The notes under the pieces: generated by a model
Told to the model about the DNA's origin: nothing
Databases searched by the model: none
The model's input: only the letters and a program-made list of their open reading frames with translations
Source of the DNA: an uncultured Gemmatimonadaceae bacterium
GTDB taxonomy: Bacteria > Gemmatimonadota > Gemmatimonadetes > Gemmatimonadales > Gemmatimonadaceae
Assembly: GCA_963716745.1 (NCBI GenBank)
Contig: OY970320.1
Location: forward strand, 2,432,001 to 2,496,000
Reading direction: 5' to 3'
DNA: 64,000 bases
In this document: in pieces, positions 27,818 through 38,191 of the stretch
Position numbering within the stretch: the stretch's first letter is position 1
How the letters are laid out: each line of letters begins with the position of its first letter
Translations under genes and position numbers: made by a program

Positions 27818-29692
27818 ATGGATTACTCGCTCACTTTCGCACGTCACTTCGCCCGGCTCGTGTGGCTGTTGCTCAACGAAGGCCATGCCTTCGATGCGCA
27901 GATCGCCACGCTGCGCTCGCTGGTGAACGTGTCGCGCGATGGTGAAGTGAAGATCACGACGAACGATTGGCGGCTCATGGCTAATGGCCAGCCGCTCCCC
28001 GATCGTTTCACGGGAACGCAGGATCTGGTCGCGCAGTTGATCGGGCATTCGGTGCTGGCGCTCAGTATCTCGCAAGGCGCTTCGCCCGCGGACCTGCTCC
28101 TGGCCGCGCGCGTACTCGCGAGCGAGGCGGCGCCGGGCGACGGCGGCCGGAACGTCATCGCGCGGCTCGCGGCGCTCGACGCGAACACGTTGAAGGTGGA
28201 GATCGATCCGGCGGCGTTCGCGGAAGAGCCGAAGACCAAGTCGCCGCCGCCGGCCCCGGTGCGCTCGCGCACGCCGGTCATGAACATGATCGTGCAGCAC
28301 GACGACGAGATCACCGTGTTCAGCAACGAGGAGGATCTGTACGGCGCCGCGTCGCTCACCGGCACGCACAGCGTCGATGAACTCGGCATGGCGCCGCTCA
28401 GCATGCTGACACCGAATACGATGCCGAGCCTGCCGCCCACGGGGCCGCTCACGCCTACGCCGCCGGGCGCGCTTTCGGCCGTCCCGATGCCCACGCCGCC
28501 GCGCATCGACATGATCGGGCCGCCGCTCGAGCCAATGGAGCCGCTGGAACCGGTCGAACCGCTCGCGCCCTTTCCGGAGCTCAAGCTCGAGGAGCCCGAG
28601 ATCATGCGCGGCACCGATCCGGAGCAGGTGCTGCAGGCGAACACCGCGGTGACGCCCAAGGGCACGATGGTGAAGATGTTCGAGGCGCTCGACGCATCCA
28701 CCAGTTCCGCCGCCGCCGCGAAACAGCTCGAGCTCCTCGTGAAGCTCGCCACTGAGAGCGCGCGCAAGGAGCGCGTGGACATGGTGGCCGACATCTTCTA
28801 CGGCATCGTCAAACGCGAGAACGATGTCGAGGACAAATCGATCAAGCGGCAATTCTCGATGGCGATGCGGCGGCTTTCGACGCCGAGCGTGCTGCAGTGT
28901 CTCGTGGAGCTGCTGCCACGCCGCCGCGAGAATTACGACCAGTACATGGCCGTGTTCGAGAAGAGCGACGAAGCCGGCGTCGAGGCGCTGGTAGAGGCGC
29001 TCGTGGCCGCGCCGAGCATCCAAGACCGCCGCGTGTTCTACGACGCGCTGCTGCGGCTGCGCTCGGGCATCCGCACCCTCATGTTCATGCTCGGCGACCC
29101 GCGCTGGTACGTCGTGCGCAACGCCGCCGAACTGCTCGGCGAGATGAAGAGCATGGAAGCGGAGCCCGACCTCACGAAGCTGCTGCAGCACCGCGACGAT
29201 CGCGTGCGCACGGCGGCCGCCGCGGCGCTCGCGAAGCTCGGCGGCACGGCGGCGGTGCGCGGCATGCGCGCGTCGCTCGCCGGCGAGGCGGTGCGCGAGC
29301 GCGTGAGCGAAGCGATGTCGCCGCGCGACGGCAACTCGGTGGATTCGCTCATTCGCGCCGTGGATCGCGAGGAGGACAGCCGCGTGCAAATGGCGATGCT
29401 CGCGGCGCTCGGCCAGCTCGGCACGCCGGCCGCGGTGGACAAGTTGCTCGAGATCGCGCGCAGCGACCGCAAGCTGCTCGCGCGCAGCCGGCCCACGCCG
29501 ATGCGCGTGGCGGCGGTGCACGCGCTGGGCGACGTGAAGAGCAACACCGCGCACAGTGCGCTGCAGGCACTGCTGCACGACAAGGAGAAAGCGGTGCGCG
29601 GCGCGGCGAGCTGGGTGATCATGGGCCGCCGGCGCGAGAACGGTCAGTGGCCCGAGGAGAACGGGTCGTCCACCGTGGACGACCTGGAGTAG
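27818..29692 (+). CDS. HEAT-repeat protein with N-terminal domain and Pro-rich linker
   Basis: DPRWYVVRNAAELLG and DDRVRTAAAAALAKLG HEAT repeats; PLEPMEPLEPVEP linker. Confidence 0.85.
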   Translation: MDYSLTFARHFARLVWLLLNEGHAFDAQIATLRSLVNVSRDGEVKITTNDWRLMANGQPLPDRFTGTQDLVAQLIGHSVLALSISQGASPADLLLAARVLASEAAPGDGGRNVIARLAALDANTLKVEIDPAAFAEEPKTKSPPPAPVRSRTPVMNMIVQHDDEITVFSNEEDLYGAASLTGTHSVDELGMAPLSMLTPNTMPSLPPTGPLTPTPPGALSAVPMPTPPRIDMIGPPLEPMEPLEPVEPLAPFPELKLEEPEIMRGTDPEQVLQANTAVTPKGTMVKMFEALDASTSSAAAAKQLELLVKLATESARKERVDMVADIFYGIVKRENDVEDKSIKRQFSMAMRRLSTPSVLQCLVELLPRRRENYDQYMAVFEKSDEAGVEALVEALVAAPSIQDRRVFYDALLRLRSGIRTLMFMLGDPRWYVVRNAAELLGEMKSMEAEPDLTKLLQHRDDRVRTAAAAALAKLGGTAAVRGMRASLAGEAVRERVSEAMSPRDGNSVDSLIRAVDREEDSRVQMAMLAALGQLGTPAAVDKLLEIARSDRKLLARSRPTPMRVAAVHALGDVKSNTAHSALQALLHDKEKAVRGAASWVIMGRRRENGQWPEENGSSTVDDLE

Positions 29693-29696
29693 CGCG

Positions 29697-30765
29697 CTAG
29701 CGGGCGGTGAAGTCGGTGGAGGCGCTCACGCGCCGGCAGGTTTCCGCGAGCAGCGAGGCCGCGCGATCGATGTCCTCGAGGCTCACCATTCTCGTTCGGC
29801 GAATGCATGTAGCGGTTGGCCACGCTCACGAGCCCCGTCGCGATCCCCTCGCGCGCCACGTGAATGGAGTCGGCATCAGTGCCCGTGTCGCGGCCCGCGG
29901 CGTGCAGCGTGTATGGGATCTCGAGATCGTCGGCGGTGGCGCGCAGCAGCCGGTGCACCACCGGGCTCACGACCGATCCGCGCGACAGCACCGGGCCGCC
30001 GCCCAGCGGATTGTCGCCGATCTCCTTCTTCTCGATGCCCGGCGTGTCGGTGGCGTGGGTGACATCCACCACGATGGCCATCGCCGCGCCGCTGGCCGTG
30101 GCGCTCACGCCGGCGCCGCCGCCGCGCCAGGAGATCTCCTCCTGCGTGGTGGCCACCGCGACGACGCGCGCCTTGCCGGGCTTCTTCGCGTAGCGGCGCA
30201 GCGCCTCGAGCACGACGAACGCGCCGATGCGATCGTCGATCGAGCGCGACACGAGCCGCTTGTTCGGGAATTCCATCGCGCGCGCGTCGATCACGCCGCA
30301 GTCGCCGACATCCAGGTGCTTCTTCGCCTCGGCTTTGCTCTTCACGCCGATGTCCACCCAGAGGTCGGAGAGCTGCGTGCCCTTATCGCGGTCCTCCTTC
30401 TTCATCAGGTGCACTGCCTTTCGTCCGACCACGCCGAACACGTCGCCCTTGGGGCCGAGGAAGCGGATGCGCTGGCCGACGAGCACCTGCGCGTCCCAGC
30501 CGCCGATCTCGCTGATGTAGAGGAAGCCATCGTCGTCGATGTGCTGCACGATGACGCCGATCTCATCGATGTGGCCGGCGAGCATGATCGTGGGCGCGCC
30601 CTTCGCGTGCACCGTGGCGAGCGAGTTGCCGTGCGCATCGCCTTTGACCTCGGCGAACGATTTGGCTTCCTCACGCCAGACGCGCGCGGGGGCGGCCTCG
30701 AAGCCGGAGGGGCCCGGCGTGTCGAGGAGTTTGCGGAGGAAGGTGAGCGAGGATTCGGAGAGCAT
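29697..30765 (-). CDS. M42-family aminopeptidase; frameshift near 29790
   Basis: GPSGFE, AGHIDEIG, IDDRIG, TQEEI, DVTHATD and RYMHSPNE motifs. The corrected frame ends with TAG at 29697. Confidence 0.92.
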
Positions 30766-31175
30766 TAGTCGGGACGCTTGATGGGGAAGAGCATGAAGCT
30801 GGCGAGGAGCACGAAGATGCCGGCGAGATAGAATTTCGCGTCATCAGTGAGGAAATAGTAGACGCCGCCGGCGAGCGCGGCACCTTCTCCCATCGCCCAG
30901 CCCATGAGCGCGAATGAGAAGCGCTGCGCTTCGTTCGTAGCGCGCGACCAGATCGGACGGACCACGGACATGCCGCCGAGCGCGAGCGCGATGGCGATGA
31001 CGGGTACGTAGATCAGTTCCTGTGGATTCGGTGCGGGCGCCCAATCGCCTTGCCGGTGGAGAAAGACTGTCACGGCACCGAACATCACGACGCCGCCGAG
31101 CAATGAGGCCCTGATGAGCATGCGGACACGCAGGACCTGCGCGGGTGAACCGCCGCCTTGCAGTGGGGCCGTCAT
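30765..31175 (-). CDS. Hypothetical membrane protein (about 4 TM helices)
   Basis: Hydrophobic ORF overlapping both neighbours' start/stop regions. Confidence 0.75.
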   Translation of the reverse strand: MTAPLQGGGSPAQVLRVRMLIRASLLGGVVMFGAVTVFLHRQGDWAPAPNPQELIYVPVIAIALALGGMSVVRPIWSRATNEAQRFSFALMGWAMGEGAALAGGVYYFLTDDAKFYLAGIFVLLASFMLFPIKRPD

Positions 31176-31182
31176 GCGATCC

Positions 31183-32838
31183 TCACTTCTTCTCGTACAC
31201 GGGCACGCCGCCCACCCACGTCGCGACCACCTGCGCGCTCAGGATCTCGTCCGGCGCGGCGCGCACGATGTCGCGGTCGTACACCACGAAGTCCGCGTAC
31301 TTCCCCGGCGTGAGGGAGCCGAGCATCGTCTCCTGGAATGCGGCAACCGCGGGCCAGATCGTGATGGACTTGAGCGCTTCCTCGCGCGTCATCGCTTCCC
31401 ACGGCTGCCAGCCGCCGGGCGGCCAGTTGAACGCGTCCTGCCGCGTGATCGCGGAGTGATATGAGTAGAGCGGATTCACCAACTCCACCGGGAAATCGCT
31501 GCCGTTCGGGATGATCACGCCGGTGTTGAGCAGCGCGCGCCACGCGTACGCGCCGTAGATGCGCGACGGCCCCAGCCGCTTCGCGGCCCAGTACATGTCG
31601 CTCGTCTGGTGCACGGCCTGCATACTCGGGATCACGTCGAGCTGCGCGAAGCGCGGGATGTCGGCGAAGTTCAGTATCTGCGCGTGCTCGATGCGGAAGC
31701 GATGATCCGCGACCGGCACTTCCTTGAGCGCCGCCTCGTACGCGTCCAGCGTCACACGATTTCCGCGGTCGCCGATCGCGTGCGTCGCGACCTGGAAGCC
31801 GTGCTTGAGCGCCTGCACGCTCACCGCGCGCAGATGCTCCGGCGCGGACACGAGCAATCCGTTGTTCGCCGGATCATCGCTGTACGGATCGAGCAGCGCC
31901 GCGCCGCGCGAGCCGAGTGCGCCGTCGGCGTAGAGCTTGATGGAGCGCACCCAGAGATGCCCGTCATACATCGCACTGCGCGGGCCCAGGCCGAAGTAGT
32001 ACGCGATGTCGGCGGAGTCATCGGCGATCATGACGTACGCGCGCAGCGTGAGCTTGCCGGCCTTCGCGATCTCCTCGTAGAGATCGATCGTCGCGCGCGA
32101 TTCGCCGGCGTCGTCGATGCCGGTGAGTCCCCAGCGATTCGCTTCGGCGATCGCCGCCTGCAGCGCCGCCTTCCGTTGTTCGCGCGACATGGGCGGGATC
32201 GCGCGGTCGATGAGTCCCTGCGCGTTGTCCACGAACACGCCGGCGGGCGCGCCGTTCGCCTCGCGTTCGATGCGGCCGCCGTCGGGATCGTGCGTGGCCG
32301 CGGACACGCCCGCCGCCTTGATCGCCATCGCGTTCGCGAGTACGGCGTGCCCGTCGATGCGCTCGAGCACCACCGGATGATCGGGCACGGCGGCGGACAA
32401 TTTCTCCTGCGTGGGGAATCGCGTGTCGCCCCAGTGGTTCTGATCCCAACCGCGGCCGGTGATCCACGATCCCGCGGGCGCATTCTTCGCGCGCGCGACC
32501 ACGCGCGCGATCACTTCGTCGTAACTCTTCGTGCCCACGAGATCCACGGACGACAACGCGATCCCGAGGCCCAGCATGTGCGCGTGCGCGTCGGTGATGC
32601 CGGGCACGATCGTGCGGCCGCTGTAGTCGGCGACTTTCGTGTTCGCGCCCTTGAGCGCCATCGCGCCCCGCAGCGAACCGACGAACACCACCTTGCCGCC
32701 TCTGATCGCCATCGCCTCGGCGATCGGGCGCGCATCGTCCACCGTATAGATGCGCGCGCCGGTGATGATGAGATCGGCCTGCTGCGCGTGGGCCGCGGCC
32801 GCGAGCGCGATCAGCGCGGCGATGAGTGAGCGCTTCAT
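31183..32838 (-). CDS. Amidohydrolase 3 family (YtcJ-like), exported
   Basis: Signal peptide; PGITDAHAH, KLYADGALGSR, HAIGD, RIEHAQ and GSDFPV motifs. Confidence 0.92.
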   Translation of the reverse strand: MKRSLIAALIALAAAAHAQQADLIITGARIYTVDDARPIAEAMAIRGGKVVFVGSLRGAMALKGANTKVADYSGRTIVPGITDAHAHMLGLGIALSSVDLVGTKSYDEVIARVVARAKNAPAGSWITGRGWDQNHWGDTRFPTQEKLSAAVPDHPVVLERIDGHAVLANAMAIKAAGVSAATHDPDGGRIEREANGAPAGVFVDNAQGLIDRAIPPMSREQRKAALQAAIAEANRWGLTGIDDAGESRATIDLYEEIAKAGKLTLRAYVMIADDSADIAYYFGLGPRSAMYDGHLWVRSIKLYADGALGSRGAALLDPYSDDPANNGLLVSAPEHLRAVSVQALKHGFQVATHAIGDRGNRVTLDAYEAALKEVPVADHRFRIEHAQILNFADIPRFAQLDVIPSMQAVHQTSDMYWAAKRLGPSRIYGAYAWRALLNTGVIIPNGSDFPVELVNPLYSYHSAITRQDAFNWPPGGWQPWEAMTREEALKSITIWPAVAAFQETMLGSLTPGKYADFVVYDRDIVRAAPDEILSAQVVATWVGGVPVYEKK

Positions 32839-34976
32839 GTCGTTCTCCTTCCTACGCGGTACAAAGGATATGCGAGCGCGAGCACGTAGATCACCATCGC
32901 CGCGAGCGCGCTATTGGAAACGACGGGCAGCAAGTTGGAGAGGTCGAACATCGCGTCCGTGCCCTTCGCCTGGAACGCCGCGATCACGACGCCCATGATC
33001 GCGCCGCCGGCGATGAGCCCCGAACTGAATAGTACGCCCGGCCCCGAGTCGCCCGCGTTCGACGCCTTCGCAGCAGGATCCAGGTTCCGCTCGACGAACC
33101 ACCGCACCACACCGCCCATGAACATCGTTGCCGAAGTCGAGATCGGCAGGTAGACGCCGACCGCCACCGGCAGCGATGGGACGCCGAGCAATTCGCAGGC
33201 GATGGCGATGAACGCGCCGATGAGAATAAGCCCCCACGGCAGTCTCTGCGTGAGGATGCCATCGACCACGAGCGCCATGATCTGCGCCTTGGGCGAATCG
33301 AGTTTGTCCTTCGTGACGCCGCGCACGTCGACTGGCTCGCGGCCGCCGATGCCGGGGTCGACGAGATAGGCGATCGCGCCCGTGCTGTCCACGAGATACT
33401 TGCCCGCAGGCGCGCCGCCGGTCAGTTCGGTGAGGTGACCCACACGGTACCAGACGCCTCTCACCGAGTCACGTGCGCCCGGCTCGATGTCGGTGACGAC
33501 GACGCCGGGATACGACCGCGCCACCTCGGTGCTCTTCGCGTTGTTCAGGAAGGAGATCATGCCGCCGATGAGCACGGCCGATGTGGTGACGCCGAAGAGC
33601 AGGCCGATCTGCTGGCGCGCGGGCGTCGCGCCCACGAGGAAGCCGGTCTTGAGGTCCTGCGATGTGGCGCCCGCGACGGCGCTGGCCACGCACACGATGC
33701 CGCCGACGGTCAACGCGAGCACGCGATGTTCGATGCCGGTGTGGCCGATCGCGAGGAAGATGAGCGACGTGAGCAGCACCGCCGCGACGGTCATACCGCT
33801 GATCGGGTTCGACGAACTGCCGATCTGCCCAGTGATCCGGCTCGAGACGGTCACGAACAGGAATGCGAAGAGCACCGCGAGCACCGCGGCGAGCAGCGAG
33901 AGATGGATCTGCGGCAGCACCATCATGAGGATCACGAGCGCGAGCGAACCGCCGGCCACGATGCCGATGGGGAGATCGCGCTCGGTGCGGATGTCGGCCT
34001 TCTTCTCGCCCTTGGCCGCCGCCCCGCGGAGGCCGCGCGTCAACGCCGAAAGGATGGTCGGCAGCGAACGCCCGAGCGAGATGAGGCCGGCCGCCGTCAC
34101 CGCGCCCGCGCCAATGTAATAGACGTAGTTGGCGCGCACGGTCATCGCATCCATGCTCGAGATCAGCGTGGTCGCCGGCGGGATGATGGTGGTGAGCCCC
34201 GCGCCGAAGAGCTTGATCGCCGGAATGAGCACGAAGAACGAGATGCAGCCGCCGGCGAACAGATAGCCGGCGATCCGCGGCCCGATGATGTAGCCGACGC
34301 CGGTGAGTTCGGGACTCACCTCCGCGCGGATCTCGCCGAAGAGCTGCGCCGGCTTGCCGGGCACGAGCTTCTCGAACACGTGACGCGGCACCTCCTGCCA
34401 CAGCTTGAGCAGCGCGTTCGCGAACTTGTACAGCGACGCGAGGCCGAACCCCATGAACACGGTGCGCGCCTGCACGCCGCGCTCCTCGCCCACGATGAGC
34501 ACCTCGGCGGCCGCGGTGCCCTCGGGATACTTGAGATTGTCGTGCTCCTTCACGATCAGGTCGTGGCGCAGCGGGATCATGAGCAGCACGCCGAGCAATC
34601 CGCCCACGACGGCGACCGCGGTGACCGTGGTCCATGGGAGCGAGTAGCCGAGCAGCAGCAGCGCCGGCATCGTGAACACGACGCCCGCGGCGATCGACTC
34701 GCCCGCGGAGCCGGTGGTCTGCACCATGTTGTTCTGCAGGATCGTCGCCGGCGTCGCGCGGAAGGCGCGCGAGAGATAGCGGAAGATCGTGATCGAGAGC
34801 ACCGAGATCGGAATGGATGCGCTCACCGTGAGCCCGACCTTGAGCGCGAGATACACGCTCGAGGCCGCGAAGACGAGGCCGAGCAGGATCCCCAGGACGA
34901 TCGCGCCGGGAGTGAGTTCGCGGAGGAGGGTACTCGCGGCGACGTACGGAGAGCGGGAGGCGTGGGGCGCGGACAT
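32835..34976 (-). CDS. OPT-family oligopeptide transporter
   Basis: YLALKVGLTVSASIP, YPEGTA, SSNPISGMT, SQDLKTGFLVGATP and SPKAQIMA motifs. Confidence 0.93.
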   Translation of the reverse strand: MSAPHASRSPYVAASTLLRELTPGAIVLGILLGLVFAASSVYLALKVGLTVSASIPISVLSITIFRYLSRAFRATPATILQNNMVQTTGSAGESIAAGVVFTMPALLLLGYSLPWTTVTAVAVVGGLLGVLLMIPLRHDLIVKEHDNLKYPEGTAAAEVLIVGEERGVQARTVFMGFGLASLYKFANALLKLWQEVPRHVFEKLVPGKPAQLFGEIRAEVSPELTGVGYIIGPRIAGYLFAGGCISFFVLIPAIKLFGAGLTTIIPPATTLISSMDAMTVRANYVYYIGAGAVTAAGLISLGRSLPTILSALTRGLRGAAAKGEKKADIRTERDLPIGIVAGGSLALVILMMVLPQIHLSLLAAVLAVLFAFLFVTVSSRITGQIGSSSNPISGMTVAAVLLTSLIFLAIGHTGIEHRVLALTVGGIVCVASAVAGATSQDLKTGFLVGATPARQQIGLLFGVTTSAVLIGGMISFLNNAKSTEVARSYPGVVVTDIEPGARDSVRGVWYRVGHLTELTGGAPAGKYLVDSTGAIAYLVDPGIGGREPVDVRGVTKDKLDSPKAQIMALVVDGILTQRLPWGLILIGAFIAIACELLGVPSLPVAVGVYLPISTSATMFMGGVVRWFVERNLDPAAKASNAGDSGPGVLFSSGLIAGGAIMGVVIAAFQAKGTDAMFDLSNLLPVVSNSALAAMVIYVLALAYPLYRVGRRTT

Positions 34977-35047
34977 CAGAGCTCCAGGGGTTTGGCGCGG
35001 GGGTGAATATGAGACTCGCGACAAGGCGGTTGCTAGAACCCCGGAGT

Positions 35048-35315
35048 GCGTGAGTAGCGCACCCCGCAACGCCGTGCGATCGTACCCCGAACGCCGTGAG
35101 TGCCGAGTCGTGCGTCGTGACCGACTGAACGGCGGCGTGACTCGCACCCCGAACGCCGTGAGTCGTGCGTCCTACGACTCACGGCGCACGGTCGTTCAGG
35201 GTTGCGACGCACGCCTTAAGTCCAGTACGACGCACGACTCGGAACTCACGGCGTTCGGGGTACGAGTCACGGCGTTAGGGTTACGACTTACGCCGTTCGG
35301 GTCGCGACTCACGCC
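35048..35315. repeat. Nested palindrome built from a 21-nt unit (approx. CCCCGAACGCCGTGAGTCGTA)
   Basis: 35080-35118 pairs with 35227-35265 (one mismatch); inner 13-bp stem 35154-35166/35174-35186; several further direct and inverted unit copies. Confidence 0.85.
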
Positions 35316-36265
35316 TTCTGCCGTGCAAGCCTCTTGATCAGCACGATCACACCAATGACCATCCCCGCCAGCACGATCAACGTGGGAATGATGGTCCCCA
35401 GCGCCGCGATGAACCGCGCCACGAACGTCACGAAGTTCCTCCACGACTGCCTGAACGCATCCGCAATCACATTCCCGCTCCCGCGCTGGCCGACGACCGG
35501 GTATGCCTCGTGCACGGTGATGCTCAGCGAACTCACCGACGTGCGCGCCCGCAGGTAGCGGAGCCGGCCGTCCATGCGCTCGATGTCCTCGCGCACGCGC
35601 GCCAATTCGCGCTCCACGTCCAGCACATCCTTGAGCTTGCCGGTCTTGGTCTCGAGCACCTGGATGAGCCGCTCTTCCAGTCGCCGCGAATTGGCGGCGC
35701 GCGCGGTCACGTCAACGAATTCCTCGCCGACGTCCTCCGCTTGCACGTTCACGGATTCGACGTGGCCGAGCGGCGTGAGGCCGTCGATCGCCTGGTCGAA
35801 GCGCGAGCTGGGGAGCCGGATCTCGAGTGTGGCCGACTTGATCTGATTGGGGCCCGCCTGCATCTGCGTGTTCGCCACGAACCCGCCCACGCGCGCCGCC
35901 AATGCGCGCACGCGCTGAACGCCGTCGGCCAGCGTATCCACCTGCACCGACGCGTTGCCGGTGCGAATGATCATCGTCGGCGCGAGCGTCTCGGCGCCGA
36001 ACGCGGCGTTGGTGTGCGCTGCGCTCTGGGATTGGGATTCCTCATCGGCTTCGGGAGCGGTCTTGGCGGTGCCCGCCATCCGGCCGGCGACGGAAATGTC
36101 CTTCGCCCTGAGCGCGTTCACGGACGCCGGCGAACCCATGGGCTGATTCGCCCCTTCGTCGCGGCGTTCGTTCTGCATCTCGGCATCTTCCGCCTTGTTG
36201 CTCGCGTCGTTGCACGCGGCAATGAGAGCGATGGCGGCGAGCGTGGCGATCATGGTGCGGCGCAT
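35309..36265 (-). CDS. DUF4349-like lipoprotein with C-terminal TM helix
   Basis: Lipobox IAAC; MIIRTG...GGFV...RLPS...EDVGEEFVD, then a coiled coil and a C-terminal TM. Confidence 0.8.
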   Translation of the reverse strand: MRRTMIATLAAIALIAACNDASNKAEDAEMQNERRDEGANQPMGSPASVNALRAKDISVAGRMAGTAKTAPEADEESQSQSAAHTNAAFGAETLAPTMIIRTGNASVQVDTLADGVQRVRALAARVGGFVANTQMQAGPNQIKSATLEIRLPSSRFDQAIDGLTPLGHVESVNVQAEDVGEEFVDVTARAANSRRLEERLIQVLETKTGKLKDVLDVERELARVREDIERMDGRLRYLRARTSVSSLSITVHEAYPVVGQRGSGNVIADAFRQSWRNFVTFVARFIAALGTIIPTLIVLAGMVIGVIVLIKRLARQKA

Positions 36266-36388
36266 GGTGTTCCTCGTGTGCTAGGGTCGGGGGTGACAGC
36301 CGCACAGGGGACGCCACGTGCCCCGGGGTTTGCACAGGCGATGCGCGCGAGGGATATTGGAGGTCACACCTTCACGAAAAGCTCATCA

Positions 36389-38188
36389 ATGATTCGTCGT
36401 CTCTTCGTTCCCGCCCTGCTGCTGGCGGCTCCGGCGCTGGGCGCGCAGGCGGCGCACAACGCCGCGCAATCGGCGCCGGTGTCCGACGTCACCTACCGCG
36501 TCACGTTCGACCGGCAGCTCGCGGCCAAGCGCGCGGTGCAGGTCGAGATGAATTTCAAGACCGGCGGGAACGCGCCCGTCATCCTGTCGCTGCCGGCGTG
36601 GACGCCCGGCGCGTACGAGATCAGCTACTTCGCCCGCTGGGTCACGAACTTCTCGGTCACGTCGAGCGGCAAACCGCTCAGCTGGGAGAAGACGGACTAC
36701 GACACGTGGCGCATCCTGCCGGCCGGCGCGACACAGGTGAGCGTCGACTTCGAATACCGCGCCGATTCCCTCGACAACGCGATGGCGTGGGCGCGCCCCG
36801 ACTTCCTGATGTTCAACGGAACGAACCTGTTCCTCTATCCCGAAGGCCGCAGCCCGGATTTCCCCGCGCTCGTGCGCATCGTCACCGACACCGCGTGGCG
36901 GATCGTCACCGGAATGACGGCCTCAGGCGCGCCGAACACCTTTGCCGCGACGAACTATCACGATCTCGTGGACATGCCCTTCTTCGTGGGGCGCGTCGGG
37001 ATCGACAGCACGCGCGTGGGCGCCACGTGGGCCCGGCTCGCCTGGTATCCGATCGAGAGCGTTCCCTCGAATGAGCGCGCGCGCGAGATCTTCCAGATCG
37101 CGAAGCTCATCCCGGTGGAATCCGCCGTGTTCGGCGAGACGCCGTGGAAGAGCTATACGGTGATGCAGCTCGCCGATTCCTCCTTTGGCGGCCTCTCCGG
37201 CCTCGAGCACCAGAATTCGCACGTGGACATCATCACGCCGCTCGCGGTGGGCGATCCGATCCTCGGGAGCTTCTACGCGCACGAGATCTTCCACGCCTGG
37301 AACGTGAAGCGCCTGCGCCCCGCGGAGCTCTGGCCCTACGACTACGCCCGCGAGCAGCCCACGCCCTGGCTCTGGGTGAGCGAAGGGATCACCGACTACT
37401 ACGCCGACCTGTCCCAGGTGCGCGCCGGGCTCATCGACAGCGCGGGCTTCTTCGAGCTCACCGCCGGAAAGATCGCGCACGTCGCGAACACGCGGATCAT
37501 CGCGCTCAACGACGCGTCGCTCAACGCGTGGATCCATCCGGTGGATGGCACGGACGACATCTACTATGACAAGGGCTCGCTCGCCGGCCTCATGCTCGAC
37601 ATCCTCATTCGCGATGCGAGCGACAACAAGCGGTCGCTCGACGACGTGATGCGCAACCTCTACCGCGATGCATACAAGAAGGGCGCCGGTTTCACGGCGG
37701 CGCAGTGGTGGAGCGCGGTGAGCGCGGCCGCGGGCGGGAAGTCGTTCACCGACTTCAACGCGCGCTACATCGAAGGGCGCGATCCGTTCCCATGGAGCAC
37801 GGTGCTCCCGTTGGCTGGTCTCACGCTCAGCGCCGATACAGTACGTTCGCCCGCGCTCGGCATCACGTACGAGCGCGACAGCGTGGGCGCGATCGTGATC
37901 GCGACGATCGATCCGGGTGGGATGGCCGCCGAGGCGGGTGTACGGCCGGGCGACGTGCTGATGGCGGTGGGCGATGTCGCCGCGACCGACCGTGGCTTCC
38001 TCGGCGGCGCGATGTCGCGCTATCACACCGCGGGTGAGACCGTGCCCCTCAAGGTGCGGCGCGGTTCCGCGACGCTCTCGCTGCCGGCCCGCGTGCAGAT
38101 CCGGGAGCGCGTGACCGCCACGATCAACGCCGATCCGAGGGCCAGCACGAAGGCTGTCGCGATCCGCTCGGGGCTGATGCGCCCCTAG
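36389..38188 (+). CDS. M61 glycyl aminopeptidase with PDZ domain
   Basis: LPAWTPGAY, GLEH, HEIFHAWNVKRLRP, LWVSEGITDYY and YYDKG motifs. Confidence 0.93.
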   Translation: MIRRLFVPALLLAAPALGAQAAHNAAQSAPVSDVTYRVTFDRQLAAKRAVQVEMNFKTGGNAPVILSLPAWTPGAYEISYFARWVTNFSVTSSGKPLSWEKTDYDTWRILPAGATQVSVDFEYRADSLDNAMAWARPDFLMFNGTNLFLYPEGRSPDFPALVRIVTDTAWRIVTGMTASGAPNTFAATNYHDLVDMPFFVGRVGIDSTRVGATWARLAWYPIESVPSNERAREIFQIAKLIPVESAVFGETPWKSYTVMQLADSSFGGLSGLEHQNSHVDIITPLAVGDPILGSFYAHEIFHAWNVKRLRPAELWPYDYAREQPTPWLWVSEGITDYYADLSQVRAGLIDSAGFFELTAGKIAHVANTRIIALNDASLNAWIHPVDGTDDIYYDKGSLAGLMLDILIRDASDNKRSLDDVMRNLYRDAYKKGAGFTAAQWWSAVSAAAGGKSFTDFNARYIEGRDPFPWSTVLPLAGLTLSADTVRSPALGITYERDSVGAIVIATIDPGGMAAEAGVRPGDVLMAVGDVAATDRGFLGGAMSRYHTAGETVPLKVRRGSATLSLPARVQIRERVTATINADPRASTKAVAIRSGLMRP

Positions 38189-38191
38189 CGG

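Noticed and set aside
35048..35315. CRISPR array or short repeat-protein ORF (35196-35444)
   Set aside because: Units are 21 nt, adjacent, degenerate and inverted, with no unique spacers and no cas genes. The ORF overlaps DUF4349 out of frame.
36318..36333. Third ECF promoter upstream of the DUF4349 gene (GCAAAC...CGTC)
   Set aside because: The spacer is 14 nt rather than 17, which is inconsistent with the other two sites.
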